Positions 45,880 through 54,149 of a DNA stretch of 64,000 nucleotides are shown here, piece after piece. The number at the start of each line of letters is the position of its first letter. Position 1 is the first letter of the stretch. The notes beneath the pieces are model-generated. The model worked only from the letters and a program-made list of their open reading frames with translations, was not told the DNA's origin and did not search any database. Made by a program: the position numbers and the translations under genes. The stretch is from a virus. Taxonomy: Duplodnaviria; Caudoviricetes. The stretch lies in IMG/VR virus record IMGVR_UViG_3300031784_000006. One strand, given 5' to 3'.

Positions 45880-46698
45880 TCAATACACCGCAATGAGTTC
45901 GCTTGCTTTCTTCCTACTGCCACTTTTTGCAGCAATAGTTCTTGTTACTTGAATCGGGTAGATTGTAGCATTTTTGTAGAGTTCTCGTGTGATAGGAACA
46001 TCATGATTAGACACAATCACTTTGATACCCTTCGCTGCAAGAGATTCTGTAAGTTGTGCTAATTGAACCTGCTGGTCGGAGGTGAATCCATCAGTAGCAT
46101 AACTTGTGAAGTTTGCAGTGGCTGATGCAGGAACATATGGTGGGTCGAAGTAGACAACATCACCTGCTTCCAAGTCTTCATAGAGAGATGAATCTTCAAA
46201 AGAAAGTGATGTGAATCTCACAAGTTGTTTGGATAAGAAATACATCCTGAAGTTCATCATTTCCTCCGATGGACAAGATGGTTTGTCATACTTACCAAAG
46301 GGGACATTAAATCCACCTTTACTATTATATCTTGACAAACCATTAAAGCAGTGACGATTCAAGTAAATGAACAGTCGTGCTCTCTCTACAGTATCTGTTG
46401 CTTGATTAAAATGCTCTCGCAACTCTAGATATGCTTCTTTGGTGTTATTCTCTGAAGTGAATAGTTCCTCACAATACTTGATGAAGTTATCATCATTTGG
46501 ATTCACCAGATTCTGATAGATTGCTACCAAATCTTTATTCACATCGTTGAGAATGTATTGTTCTGCTGGTGTATTTAAAGCAACAGCAAGACTACCACCA
46601 AATGGTTCACAATAACGCTTTGGACTTCCGATGTGAGGAATAAGATGTGGCAGAACTCTCGTTTTGTTTCCTGCCCATTTCAGAAAAGTTTTGTTCAT
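45880..46698 (-). CDS. dam: Dam-family N6-adenine DNA methyltransferase
   Basis: FLKWAGNK, YCEPFGGS, RYNSKGGFNVPFG, VYFDPPY, SNHD. Confidence 0.93.
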   Translation of the reverse strand: MNKTFLKWAGNKTRVLPHLIPHIGSPKRYCEPFGGSLAVALNTPAEQYILNDVNKDLVAIYQNLVNPNDDNFIKYCEELFTSENNTKEAYLELREHFNQATDTVERARLFIYLNRHCFNGLSRYNSKGGFNVPFGKYDKPSCPSEEMMNFRMYFLSKQLVRFTSLSFEDSSLYEDLEAGDVVYFDPPYVPASATANFTSYATDGFTSDQQVQLAQLTESLAAKGIKVIVSNHDVPITRELYKNATIYPIQVTRTIAAKSGSRKKASELIAVY

Positions 46699-46704
46699 TT
46701 AACC

Positions 46705-47235
46705 TCAGACAAGAAATTTCTTTTCATACTCCAACAAATCTGATGGAGCTGGAATAATGTTGTCATCATATTCTACAGCATTTTCCCATCTTGCACCACT
46801 CTTTCGATACAACTTGATGTCAAGATGCTGGTACTTGAGATTAGTTGGAACGTGTACTTTATAGTCGATACCATTATTCTCTGTGAGCATACTCAACCGC
46901 TTGTTCTCATCCTTTGTGACTGTGATTGTGGAGCAAGATAACCAAAACAGGTTCTCAAATATATCATAATCTGTCAGGTATTTGTCTGGGTTATCCATAA
47001 TCATTCGACCAATGAATTGTGGTGACAAACAGTGGTCATAAGTTCGCTCTTTTCGATTATTCTTCGCTCCTTCACTTATCAATCCAAGATGATTTACCTG
47101 AGCACAATCAAACACACCAATGTAGTAAATGCGTGTGATGGGTCGGAAGAAATCAGGTTCACCCCAGTTGTCTACATTTGCCTGCAATGAGTTGAATGTT
47201 GTTTTGCAGTAGGCTTTCCAGTTCTTCGGGTTCAT
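46705..47235 (-). CDS. Hypothetical protein with an HNH-like signature
   Basis: TYDHCLSPQ...TITVTKDENKRL; between the helicase and dam. Confidence 0.55.
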   Translation of the reverse strand: MNPKNWKAYCKTTFNSLQANVDNWGEPDFFRPITRIYYIGVFDCAQVNHLGLISEGAKNNRKERTYDHCLSPQFIGRMIMDNPDKYLTDYDIFENLFWLSCSTITVTKDENKRLSMLTENNGIDYKVHVPTNLKYQHLDIKLYRKSGARWENAVEYDDNIIPAPSDLLEYEKKFLV

Positions 47236-47300
47236 TTTGAGAAAAATCGGTGATTTTGTTGCGGTTGATGGGTTCTAGGTCGGTTGCAGTGAAATTGCAG

Positions 47301-47324
47301 AAAAATCAGGTTTTTACACCTGAT
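47301..47324 (-). terminator. Putative intrinsic terminator after the helicase
   Basis: ATCAGGT-loop-ACCTGAT followed by a T tract. Confidence 0.6.
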
Positions 47325-47348
47325 GGCCACTTGAGTCTTGAGTGAGAC

Positions 47349-48596
47349 TCACCGCCTCACCACCGACACGGCAGGTTCACCTTTTTCAAAGATGGTATCA
47401 ACAACCGACTGCACAGCTTTGGCAGTGCTGATACCAACCTTGCTGTAGACAGGAATACACACAAGACCAAAGCTCTTGGTGTATTGCGACAGGTTGCCAG
47501 GTTGGATGCTACCATCACGGAGACCTTTTGCATCGTCATGATGTAGACGGATGCAGCGACCAATAGTTTGGCTGATACCGATAAAGTCCATGTTGCGAAG
47601 GAACAGAACTGCCTCAAGTCCAGAGACATTGATGCCTTCAGCTAGGATGCTATGGTGCAGAACAACAAACTTCTTATCGTTATCCTTACCCCATGCGCTC
47701 AGAGTGTCAAAGAACACCTCACGATTGACCTTCTTGCCGTCAATAACTGCGCCAGTCTTAGCAGTAATATACATCCAGGAATAACCGCGACACTCCAACT
47801 GGAAGCAGAAATCAGTTTCAGTCACCAGAGACACGATTTGCTTGGTTGCCTTAGCACAAATCAGAATCTTACCAACCTTGTTCTCATCAATCGTTTCCAG
47901 CAGATTCTCCGAATCGCGGTCGAAGTTGGTCTGCTTGCCAGTCACCATAGCCAGTTGCTTGACAATAACTTTGGGAGGCACAATGTAACCACCTTCAACC
48001 AACTCAGGAGCAGGAACTTTGCAGATTACCTGACCATAAACAGCAGCATCATTCATGCCAGGTTTGCCAACTGCCAGAGAATGTTTGGGAGTTGCAGTGA
48101 AGAAGTAGCAACGACGTGCATTAGCAGCAAAGTGCTCAGTTGCAGGAAAGAAGTGACGCTGAACAGAATTATGTGCCTCATCAAAGTAGATCGTATCCAC
48201 ATCAATTCCTGCCACTTGAAGACGCGACAGAGAGTTGTAGGTAGTGAAGATCAGTTGGTGACGATTAGCAGCAGCACACATACCAGCATGAACAAGAATG
48301 TCAGCAGGTTTGGTAGTGCTAACGTGATGAGTCTCGCCACTGTGAACGTGAAGAACTTCAGCGTTGGTGATAAACTCCAGAAACTCAGCAGAGAGTTGCT
48401 CAGCAAGCAAGATGCGGGGAGCAACAACAACAATGGTCTGGGGAGTTTCAGACTGCAACTCACGCAGACAATCGTAAATCATTTTGAGAGTCTTACCACC
48501 GCCAGTAGGAACAATGATTTGCCCTTTGTCGTGCTTCTGCATAGCAGCAACACCACGTTCTTGATGAGGGCGAAGATTGATCAGATGAGGAATCAT
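47349..48596 (-). CDS. SF2 DEAH-box helicase (type III restriction Res-subunit-like)
   Basis: LRPHQ, VPTGGGKT, YFDEAHN, FTATP, ILAEGINV, QTIGRCIR. Confidence 0.9.
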   Translation of the reverse strand: MIPHLINLRPHQERGVAAMQKHDKGQIIVPTGGGKTLKMIYDCLRELQSETPQTIVVVAPRILLAEQLSAEFLEFITNAEVLHVHSGETHHVSTTKPADILVHAGMCAAANRHQLIFTTYNSLSRLQVAGIDVDTIYFDEAHNSVQRHFFPATEHFAANARRCYFFTATPKHSLAVGKPGMNDAAVYGQVICKVPAPELVEGGYIVPPKVIVKQLAMVTGKQTNFDRDSENLLETIDENKVGKILICAKATKQIVSLVTETDFCFQLECRGYSWMYITAKTGAVIDGKKVNREVFFDTLSAWGKDNDKKFVVLHHSILAEGINVSGLEAVLFLRNMDFIGISQTIGRCIRLHHDDAKGLRDGSIQPGNLSQYTKSFGLVCIPVYSKVGISTAKAVQSVVDTIFEKGEPAVSVVRR

Positions 48597-48637
48597 TACG
48601 AATTACAGAGTTTCGGGTGGTTTGGTATCTAAAAAGC

Positions 48638-48673
48638 ATTATAGCACCCTTCCTGACGCTTGTGAAGGGTGCT
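48638..48673 (-). promoter_or_regulatory. Sigma70-type promoter within an inverted repeat
   Basis: TTCACA-17 bp-TATAAT with extended TG; stem AGCACCCTTC...GAAGGGTGCT. Confidence 0.75.
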
Positions 48674-48685
48674 GATGGCAGTTAA

Positions 48686-48841
48686 TCAACCACCAAACAT
48701 TTCATCAAACAACCAATCACCAGAACGTTCTTTTTCTTCCCAGACTTTGTTAGCGTTTGCTTCAATCATTGCCCGTTCGATTTGAATATCGAGGGTAGAT
48801 TTGGTGCTGAACCAGTTACCGTTGCGGTCTTGCCAGAGCAT
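48686..48841 (-). CDS. 51-aa hypothetical protein
   Basis: Hand-translated MLWQDRNGNWFSTKSTLDIQIERAMIEANANKVWEEKERSGDWLFDEMFGG. Confidence 0.7.
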   Translation of the reverse strand: MLWQDRNGNWFSTKSTLDIQIERAMIEANANKVWEEKERSGDWLFDEMFGG

Positions 48842-48864
48842 AGTGTCGTTTGAGTGTTGTCCTT

Positions 48865-48895
48865 ATATTACAAGGACAATCTCAGGGGCCCGATT
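48865..48895 (-). repeat. 31-bp repeat, copy 12
   Basis: atattacaaggacaatctcaggggcccgatt. Confidence 0.92.
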
Positions 48896-49521
48896 CAAGT
48901 ATCAGGACCAGTGTACTTGTGCTTCAATTCACTTTCCTTCTTCTTACCTGTCGCTTTGAGAACCAAATCGCGCAGTTTTTGCTTACCTGCTCTTACCATT
49001 TGTTTCTTTTCTGCTTTGGTATATTTGCCTTTAATCATGTGCTCTTCAGGTTTTCTTGAGCTTGAGAATCTAGAATCTTTGGGTGCTGCCGATGATTTAG
49101 GTGCTGCTTTCTTTCTCAGCAGTTCAGTTGCTTTTGCTTTTAATTCTTTCTCTTTTGGTTTTGCTGCTTCTGGTTTTGCTCCTGCCTTTTTCGCAGCAAT
49201 TCTTGCCTGTGCAGCTTTTCTTCTCTCTTCCTTTGCAGCTGCTAGTTGTGCTTCTCTTGCGGACCCACGTTCTTGCTTTGGTGCTTCAATCGTAGACTCA
49301 CGCTTCTTGCCAATATCTTTGCGTGGTTTCTGAACTACAGGTGCAGTCTTTCCACCACCAACTCTCTTTGTTCTACGAATCTCAGGAGTTGTCTTTCTGC
49401 GAAGTCTTCCAGTTCTTCCACCTTCTCCAGTCTTAATGACTTGAGCACCAGAGCGAAACTCTGCATCATAGGTGTCACCAGTTGCTTCGCAAATAGACAT
49501 AAACTCCTGAAAGGTTTTCAT
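48895..49521 (-). CDS. Lys/Ala/Arg-rich putative capsid internal protein
   Basis: N-terminus MKTFQEFMSICEA resembles the T4 IP capsid-targeting sequence; late-promoter-like CTAAATA at 49546-49552. Confidence 0.65.
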   Translation of the reverse strand: MKTFQEFMSICEATGDTYDAEFRSGAQVIKTGEGGRTGRLRRKTTPEIRRTKRVGGGKTAPVVQKPRKDIGKKRESTIEAPKQERGSAREAQLAAAKEERRKAAQARIAAKKAGAKPEAAKPKEKELKAKATELLRKKAAPKSSAAPKDSRFSSSRKPEEHMIKGKYTKAEKKQMVRAGKQKLRDLVLKATGKKKESELKHKYTGPDT

Positions 49522-49548
49522 TGCTATCTAAACACTACTTTTTAGTAT

Positions 49549-49749
49549 TTAGAACTCCACTTCCTTTGCTTTATATGAACCTTTGAATACACGTCCTTCT
49601 GCATAGAATTGCTTCACACGTTCGCGGCGAGTAGCAAGAAGCAAATCATATTCTTCTTGTTGTTGCTTAGTGAACGTGAAATCTTGCCGCCTCCAAGTAT
49701 CTTTCAGTTCTTGGATGTGGGGAAGCACGTTAGGGATGTGTTCAGTCAT
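49549..49749 (-). CDS. Hypothetical protein
   Basis: ORF track; upstream AAACTGTCCACC motif at 49791-49802. Confidence 0.75.
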   Translation of the reverse strand: MTEHIPNVLPHIQELKDTWRRQDFTFTKQQQEEYDLLLATRRERVKQFYAEGRVFKGSYKAKEVEF

Positions 49750-49809
49750 TTGAGTATAATAAAGAATGAAGGGTCAGTATGGGATATTTGGTGGACAGTT
49801 TAAAATCTG

Positions 49810-49944
49810 TCAGTAGTCAATGTTAGAGTTAAGATACTCATTCATATTAAAGTTGTTTTTCTCTTCAATCAATTCGGAGAGATCCTCTTCAATAAAATCA
49901 AAATTTTCAAGTTCCTCAATTTGATTGTCGTCGAACCAGTCCAT
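49810..49944 (-). CDS. 44-aa very acidic protein
   Basis: Hand-translated MDWFDDNQIEELENFDFIEEDLSELIEEKNNFNMNEYLNSNIDY; downstream of repeat 13. Confidence 0.7.
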   Translation of the reverse strand: MDWFDDNQIEELENFDFIEEDLSELIEEKNNFNMNEYLNSNIDY

Positions 49945-49959
49945 AATGCTTGGGTGATT

Positions 49960-49990
49960 ACACTATAGAGACAATCCCAGGGGCCCAATT
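49960..49990 (-). repeat. 31-bp repeat, copy 13
   Basis: acactatagagacaatcccaggggcccaatt. Confidence 0.92.
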
Positions 49991-49994
49991 AAAA

Positions 49995-50375
49995 TCAAAG
50001 AGGAGATAGCATCGTACTTCCAACCATTCTCTTCACAAATCTATCAGTATTACTCTGATGTTTCGGTTTTGGTGCTGTTGGCTTCATTGGAGAAGGACCA
50101 GCTGGAGTTGCTGCAGATTTAAGGTTTTTCTGATGAACAGGATCACTCAACTTAAACACACTATTAGGACTGATTGGATCACCAACAGCCTCTCTTATCT
50201 TTTTTAAAGGCATATTCATGCGTTCTTTATATGAACCCTTATCTATAGTCTTAAATCCAGGATTGAACCTTGGTTGACGATTATCAGGAACACCAGGATC
50301 TTTTCCAAGCGAATAAAATGCCTGGACAAGAGATGGTTTTTGCGTTTGTTCTATAAACTGTTTAAAGGTTTTCAT
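49995..50375 (-). CDS. Putative capsid internal protein
   Basis: N-terminus MKTFKQFIEQ. Confidence 0.6.
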   Translation of the reverse strand: MKTFKQFIEQTQKPSLVQAFYSLGKDPGVPDNRQPRFNPGFKTIDKGSYKERMNMPLKKIREAVGDPISPNSVFKLSDPVHQKNLKSAATPAGPSPMKPTAPKPKHQSNTDRFVKRMVGSTMLSPL

Positions 50376-50382
50376 AGATTAC

Positions 50383-50817
50383 TCATTTTTTAGGGAATGT
50401 TCCAGGAATATCTTTAAATGTTTTTATTTTGTAGTAAGGGTCTTGGTCCTGCTTCTTTCTATACGTATTAAATTCTTTTTCTCTTTGTTGAGCAAGTTCT
50501 CTCCTTCTCAATCCAACTGGACTCGTTCCTTGTGCCATAGCATCTGTTACTCTTGAACGATATGCTCTTCTATCATCCAATCTATCTCTAACAACATCTG
50601 ATGGTGTAGATCCAACCACAGATCTTGGCGACTCAACAATACTATCTCTCCACTCTTCACTCATATTTGCCATAATAGCAATTGCTGCTTCATTTGTGTC
50701 AGCATATCCTTCTGCAACCAGATATTCAAGAATGTGGTCAAACAAATCATTATTTTCTTCAACTTGATGAACTTGGTTATATGCTTCTTGAAGATTTCGA
50801 AGTTCTTGGGAGTCCAT
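50383..50817 (-). CDS. Late hypothetical protein (MDSQELRNLQEAY type)
   Basis: ORF track; FDHILEYLVAEGYADTNEAAIAIMANMSEEW module; CTAAATA at 50839-50845. Confidence 0.7.
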   Translation of the reverse strand: MDSQELRNLQEAYNQVHQVEENNDLFDHILEYLVAEGYADTNEAAIAIMANMSEEWRDSIVESPRSVVGSTPSDVVRDRLDDRRAYRSRVTDAMAQGTSPVGLRRRELAQQREKEFNTYRKKQDQDPYYKIKTFKDIPGTFPKK

Positions 50818-50847
50818 TGTTACAAATACTTTTTTAGGTATTTAGTA

Positions 50848-51144
50848 TTATTCAAACTCAAGTGGTTTGTTAAGTGGTCTGGGGGGTGGTGTTTGGTAAT
50901 CAGGCAACATAGAACCATCAATCACAACCTGCACTGTTGTTTTATCATTCCAATGCCTCACAGCATTTGCTACAATAAAGCAGTTAGTAATAAAAATAGA
51001 CAGAAACATCACAAGGCGAATAAGTGCTACCTTATCCGCCTCCTTATCACATTTACTTGCCTTTTCTCCTAGTGATTTAGCTAGCAACCGCCAAAAGGTT
51101 TTGCTCTTCTTCATAGATTGATGTGCGCGATTGAATGTATTCAA
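50848..51144 (-). CDS. Small membrane protein
   Basis: WRLLAKSLGEK and a hydrophobic segment; likely start MKKSKT. Confidence 0.7.
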   Translation of the reverse strand: MNTFNRAHQSMKKSKTFWRLLAKSLGEKASKCDKEADKVALIRLVMFLSIFITNCFIVANAVRHWNDKTTVQVVIDGSMLPDYQTPPPRPLNKPLEFE

Positions 51145-51346
51145 GTTGTTCCCACTGGTTATTATAACAAATCACAAGTAATCTTTCATTTCTGTGAATA
51201 GGGCAGCATACAAGATTGACTTCATCTTTTGGACGAACACTGCGCTCAATCGTGATATATTCATCACACTTGAAGTACACCCAACCTTCTACATCTTTTC
51301 CATTATTCCACACAACATAATCATTGACTTGTGGTTCATAGGTCAT
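51077..51346 (-). CDS. Hypothetical protein
   Basis: ORF track. Confidence 0.7.
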   Translation of the reverse strand: MTYEPQVNDYVVWNNGKDVEGWVYFKCDEYITIERSVRPKDEVNLVCCPIHRNERLLVICYNNQWEQLEYIQSRTSIYEEEQNLLAVAS

Positions 51347-51663
51347 ACAAAGAACGCATCTAGTGGAGATTGTTTAATTGGCATCGCGGTATAGTTTCGC
51401 GTTTCCTTGATATTTACACAAGCACCGATGGTTTTACTATTGATGGGGGCGAAGTATTCTCTGGTCTTGGTGTTGTAGAAGGAGTGAATAGTCCTAGTTG
51501 GAACACCGCCATTATAGACAAACTTGTAAGTGTTGCATAACCAAATACTAACCACATTTCGCTTGAAGTCTTCACACTCATAATAGTATCCGTTTGGTGG
51601 AGAATGAAAGAAAGATGTTGGAAGTTCAACAATCATAGAACTTGTCTCGCGACATATACTCAA
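51343..51663 (-). CDS. Hypothetical protein
   Basis: ORF track; FFHSPPNGYYY motif. Confidence 0.7.
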   Translation of the reverse strand: MSICRETSSMIVELPTSFFHSPPNGYYYECEDFKRNVVSIWLCNTYKFVYNGGVPTRTIHSFYNTKTREYFAPINSKTIGACVNIKETRNYTAMPIKQSPLDAFFV

Positions 51664-51792
51664 TTTGCTTCTGCAGTTGTGAGATTTCGTGTTCTTGTTC
51701 TACAATTTTATTTTGCAGTTGTTCAATACGTTCTTGATACTGTGTCTTCAAATCAAACACCATTTTATTAGTGTGAGCAACGTGGTGAGTCA

Positions 51793-52032
51793 TCAGGTTG
51801 TAAATGCCTCCACCATTCGAGATTGTTCATTTTCTACGAGAGCGAATCGTGGTGCCTTAATCACATTCTCGCGCAGTTTACTATAATGTTCTGTCCAACA
51901 TTCGTTATCCCATTCTACAACAATATCAAAACATTCATCGTCATTTTCTGCAATAACATTAAGCAAACCACCGTACTCCGATTGCCAAACTGGTACGAAG
52001 TAGTCAAGAATGTAAAGAAACTTTTGTGCCAT
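51793..52032 (-). CDS. Hypothetical protein
   Basis: ORF track; YFVPVWQSEYGG. Confidence 0.75.
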   Translation of the reverse strand: MAQKFLYILDYFVPVWQSEYGGLLNVIAENDDECFDIVVEWDNECWTEHYSKLRENVIKAPRFALVENEQSRMVEAFTT

Positions 52033-52582
52033 TTGTTTGTGTAAATTACCTCTTAAGTTTAGGATTAGTTGTCGTCGTTGTCAACATCTGCAGCGACAAT
52101 AAGTGAAGTTCCAATAGTCAAAAGGATACCAAGTCCCATACCAAGAATAAAAGTCATCAATAAAACTCCGCGAGATAGTAGTCAACGGTTACCTCAAGTT
52201 TTGCTGCTTCAATCTCAACTTCTTTCCAGAACTCTTCTGCTACTTTGTCCATTTCTGCTTGTTTAATAAGGTCGCGGAGTCGTTTAGGAATCATTTGGAT
52301 TTCTCCTTAAGTTGTGCTTCTTCAGTAGGATACATTACCTTATAGTAATATATCATAATCGACGATACAAATGCAACCAGTGCTGCATAGATTGCTATAC
52401 CAAGTCCAATACTCATTCTACGTTACAATCTGGATGCCATCCTGCTTGTTGCTTACAATATTCTTGCTTAGCAGTCTCTTTATAGTATGCTTTGAATAGT
52501 TTTTCATCACGCTGGATTAGAAAGACATTCCAACCAAGAATGACTGCAAAACCAATCAATCCAGCGACGACGTACTTGCGGT

Positions 52583-53002
52583 TCATTTTTTAACAGCAGG
52601 TGCTTGTTGAATGTCAAAAGTAGGAACAGGAGCGCCACCATTACTGGGAACCATATAAACAGTTCGACTGGTGTTCTCTTCACCTTGAGTAATCCAAAGA
52701 TACTGAAGATAAGCAGGATTACCTTTCAAACTATCCCCAATAATGGAGTTTGCTTTTGCGACACCTTGAGCACGGATAATTTCAGCATCAGCGAGTTGTT
52801 GTGCCGAATCTTTCTTTGCTTGTGCTTCCAGAACTGCTACCTGTCGGGTATATTCTGCCTTTTGTAGTTCTGCTTTACCAGCAAGAGATTGTTGCCACAC
52901 ATTATATTGGGGACCACCAATAAAGATGAGACCACCAACTAAGAACACACCAGCAATAAAAAGAACAGCAGGAGGGTCAATAAATCCGCTTTGTTTGTTC
53001 AT
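52583..53002 (-). CDS. Membrane-anchored phage protein with Ala-rich coiled coil
   Basis: N-terminal transmembrane helix; AEIIRAQGVAKANSIIGDSLKGNPAYLQYLWI. Confidence 0.75.
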   Translation of the reverse strand: MNKQSGFIDPPAVLFIAGVFLVGGLIFIGGPQYNVWQQSLAGKAELQKAEYTRQVAVLEAQAKKDSAQQLADAEIIRAQGVAKANSIIGDSLKGNPAYLQYLWITQGEENTSRTVYMVPSNGGAPVPTFDIQQAPAVKK

Positions 53003-53190
53003 TTAGAAGAAACTCCAGTATTTTTAAAAATCAAATTAGCAAGAGCAATGATAGCAAAGTTCTGCCAGAAGGTCAAAGATACATTGAACCAAGACAGAAT
53101 GAGTCCAAGCAACCACGCTTCAAAGAGAAGTCCAGCAGTAGCAAGGACAATAACAACAAAGGCAGCAGCAAGAGTAGTAGAAGTTTTCAT
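52999..53190 (-). CDS. Small membrane protein
   Basis: Two hydrophobic segments. Confidence 0.7.
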   Translation of the reverse strand: MKTSTTLAAAFVVIVLATAGLLFEAWLLGLILSWFNVSLTFWQNFAIIALANLIFKNTGVSSK

Positions 53191-53193
53191 AGG

Positions 53194-53607
53194 TCAAACG
53201 TGAAGAGCAGCAGAGGGGATTTCAACAACTTCAGGGAGTTTCTCTTCAAAGGCGTTCATACTATAGCACACCCACTCACCATTTGTGAAGAGATAGTGAT
53301 ACTCTTCTGCACCATCAGGCAGCAAATACTCACACAGGTCAGCATCAAGACGAGGGGGAGAATCTTCACCGCGATAGGAATAATAGTTGGGACCATAAGA
53401 ACCCTTCACACCACTATCATTCCAACGCTCATCAGTCCAAGCACAAGACATATCACCACCGTCAATCAGTTCGGCAGCAAGTTGTCTGGTATTGTAGTGA
53501 GTCTTGAGAATACGACCCAACCAGGACTCATAACCGTCCCAGTGGTGATACACAGAGAGGATAGAACCATTCTTAAGTTCAATACCGATTCGTGCTCGGG
53601 TGCTCAT
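53194..53607 (-). CDS. Conserved phage hypothetical protein
   Basis: STRARIGI, SVYHHWDGY, EEYHYLF; downstream of repeat 14. Confidence 0.8.
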   Translation of the reverse strand: MSTRARIGIELKNGSILSVYHHWDGYESWLGRILKTHYNTRQLAAELIDGGDMSCAWTDERWNDSGVKGSYGPNYYSYRGEDSPPRLDADLCEYLLPDGAEEYHYLFTNGEWVCYSMNAFEEKLPEVVEIPSAALHV

Positions 53608-53623
53608 TTGAGAGTTGTTGCTT

Positions 53624-53654
53624 ACATTACTAGGACACTCTCAGGGGCCCAATA
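53624..53654 (-). repeat. 31-bp repeat, copy 14
   Basis: acattactaggacactctcaggggcccaata. Confidence 0.92.
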
Positions 53655-53915
53655 ACCATCAACCACCCATCTCTCTCATACTTCGCACAAGATACTCAGT
53701 AAACTGTTCCATCTTCTCTGGATGAACTGCCTGAGGTCTTTCATTGATGGCATTTTTAAGTGCTGCCATTTCTTTCCATTCTTCATCAGTAAGTTTTGCT
53801 TGTTTTCCTGATGAAAGGGTCATACTTTTGCTCCCGCGATTATGTTCATATCCTAACAGTATTTAAGAGAGATATGCGATTTCTTAATGTTGTCTTAAGA
53901 GTGTTGTAACTCTTC

Positions 53916-54149
53916 TTAATCATTAAAGAATGTACCAAAATTACCGCGACTCCCAGGTTTTCTATCTTCCAGCATATCCATCAGTTCTTCAATTTTTTTA
54001 CAATTCTCCATGTCAAGGAGAAGTTGTGATAATTGTTTCACAACTAATGGTTTTTCTGATGTCGATGCAACACGAATAGCAGCACGAAGATGTGATTCTG
54101 CTTCCAAAATATGTTCTAAAGTTTGCTTACTTAATGCCATAATTAACAC
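53916..54149 (-). CDS. Hypothetical protein (likely start MALSKQ)
   Basis: ORF track. Confidence 0.7.
   Translation of the reverse strand: MLIMALSKQTLEHILEAESHLRAAIRVASTSEKPLVVKQLSQLLLDMENCKKIEELMDMLEDRKPGSRGNFGTFFND

Noticed and set aside
47652-48632. 326-aa plus-strand ORF
   Set aside because: Antisense shadow of the helicase gene.
38433-53654. The 31-bp repeat array as a CRISPR array
   Set aside because: Intervals are 203-3664 bp, irregular and contain whole genes; no cas genes are seen.
38433-53654. The array as a classical integron
   Set aside because: No tyrosine recombinase in the window, and the repeats lack the attC inverted R/L box structure. Kept only as an analogy.
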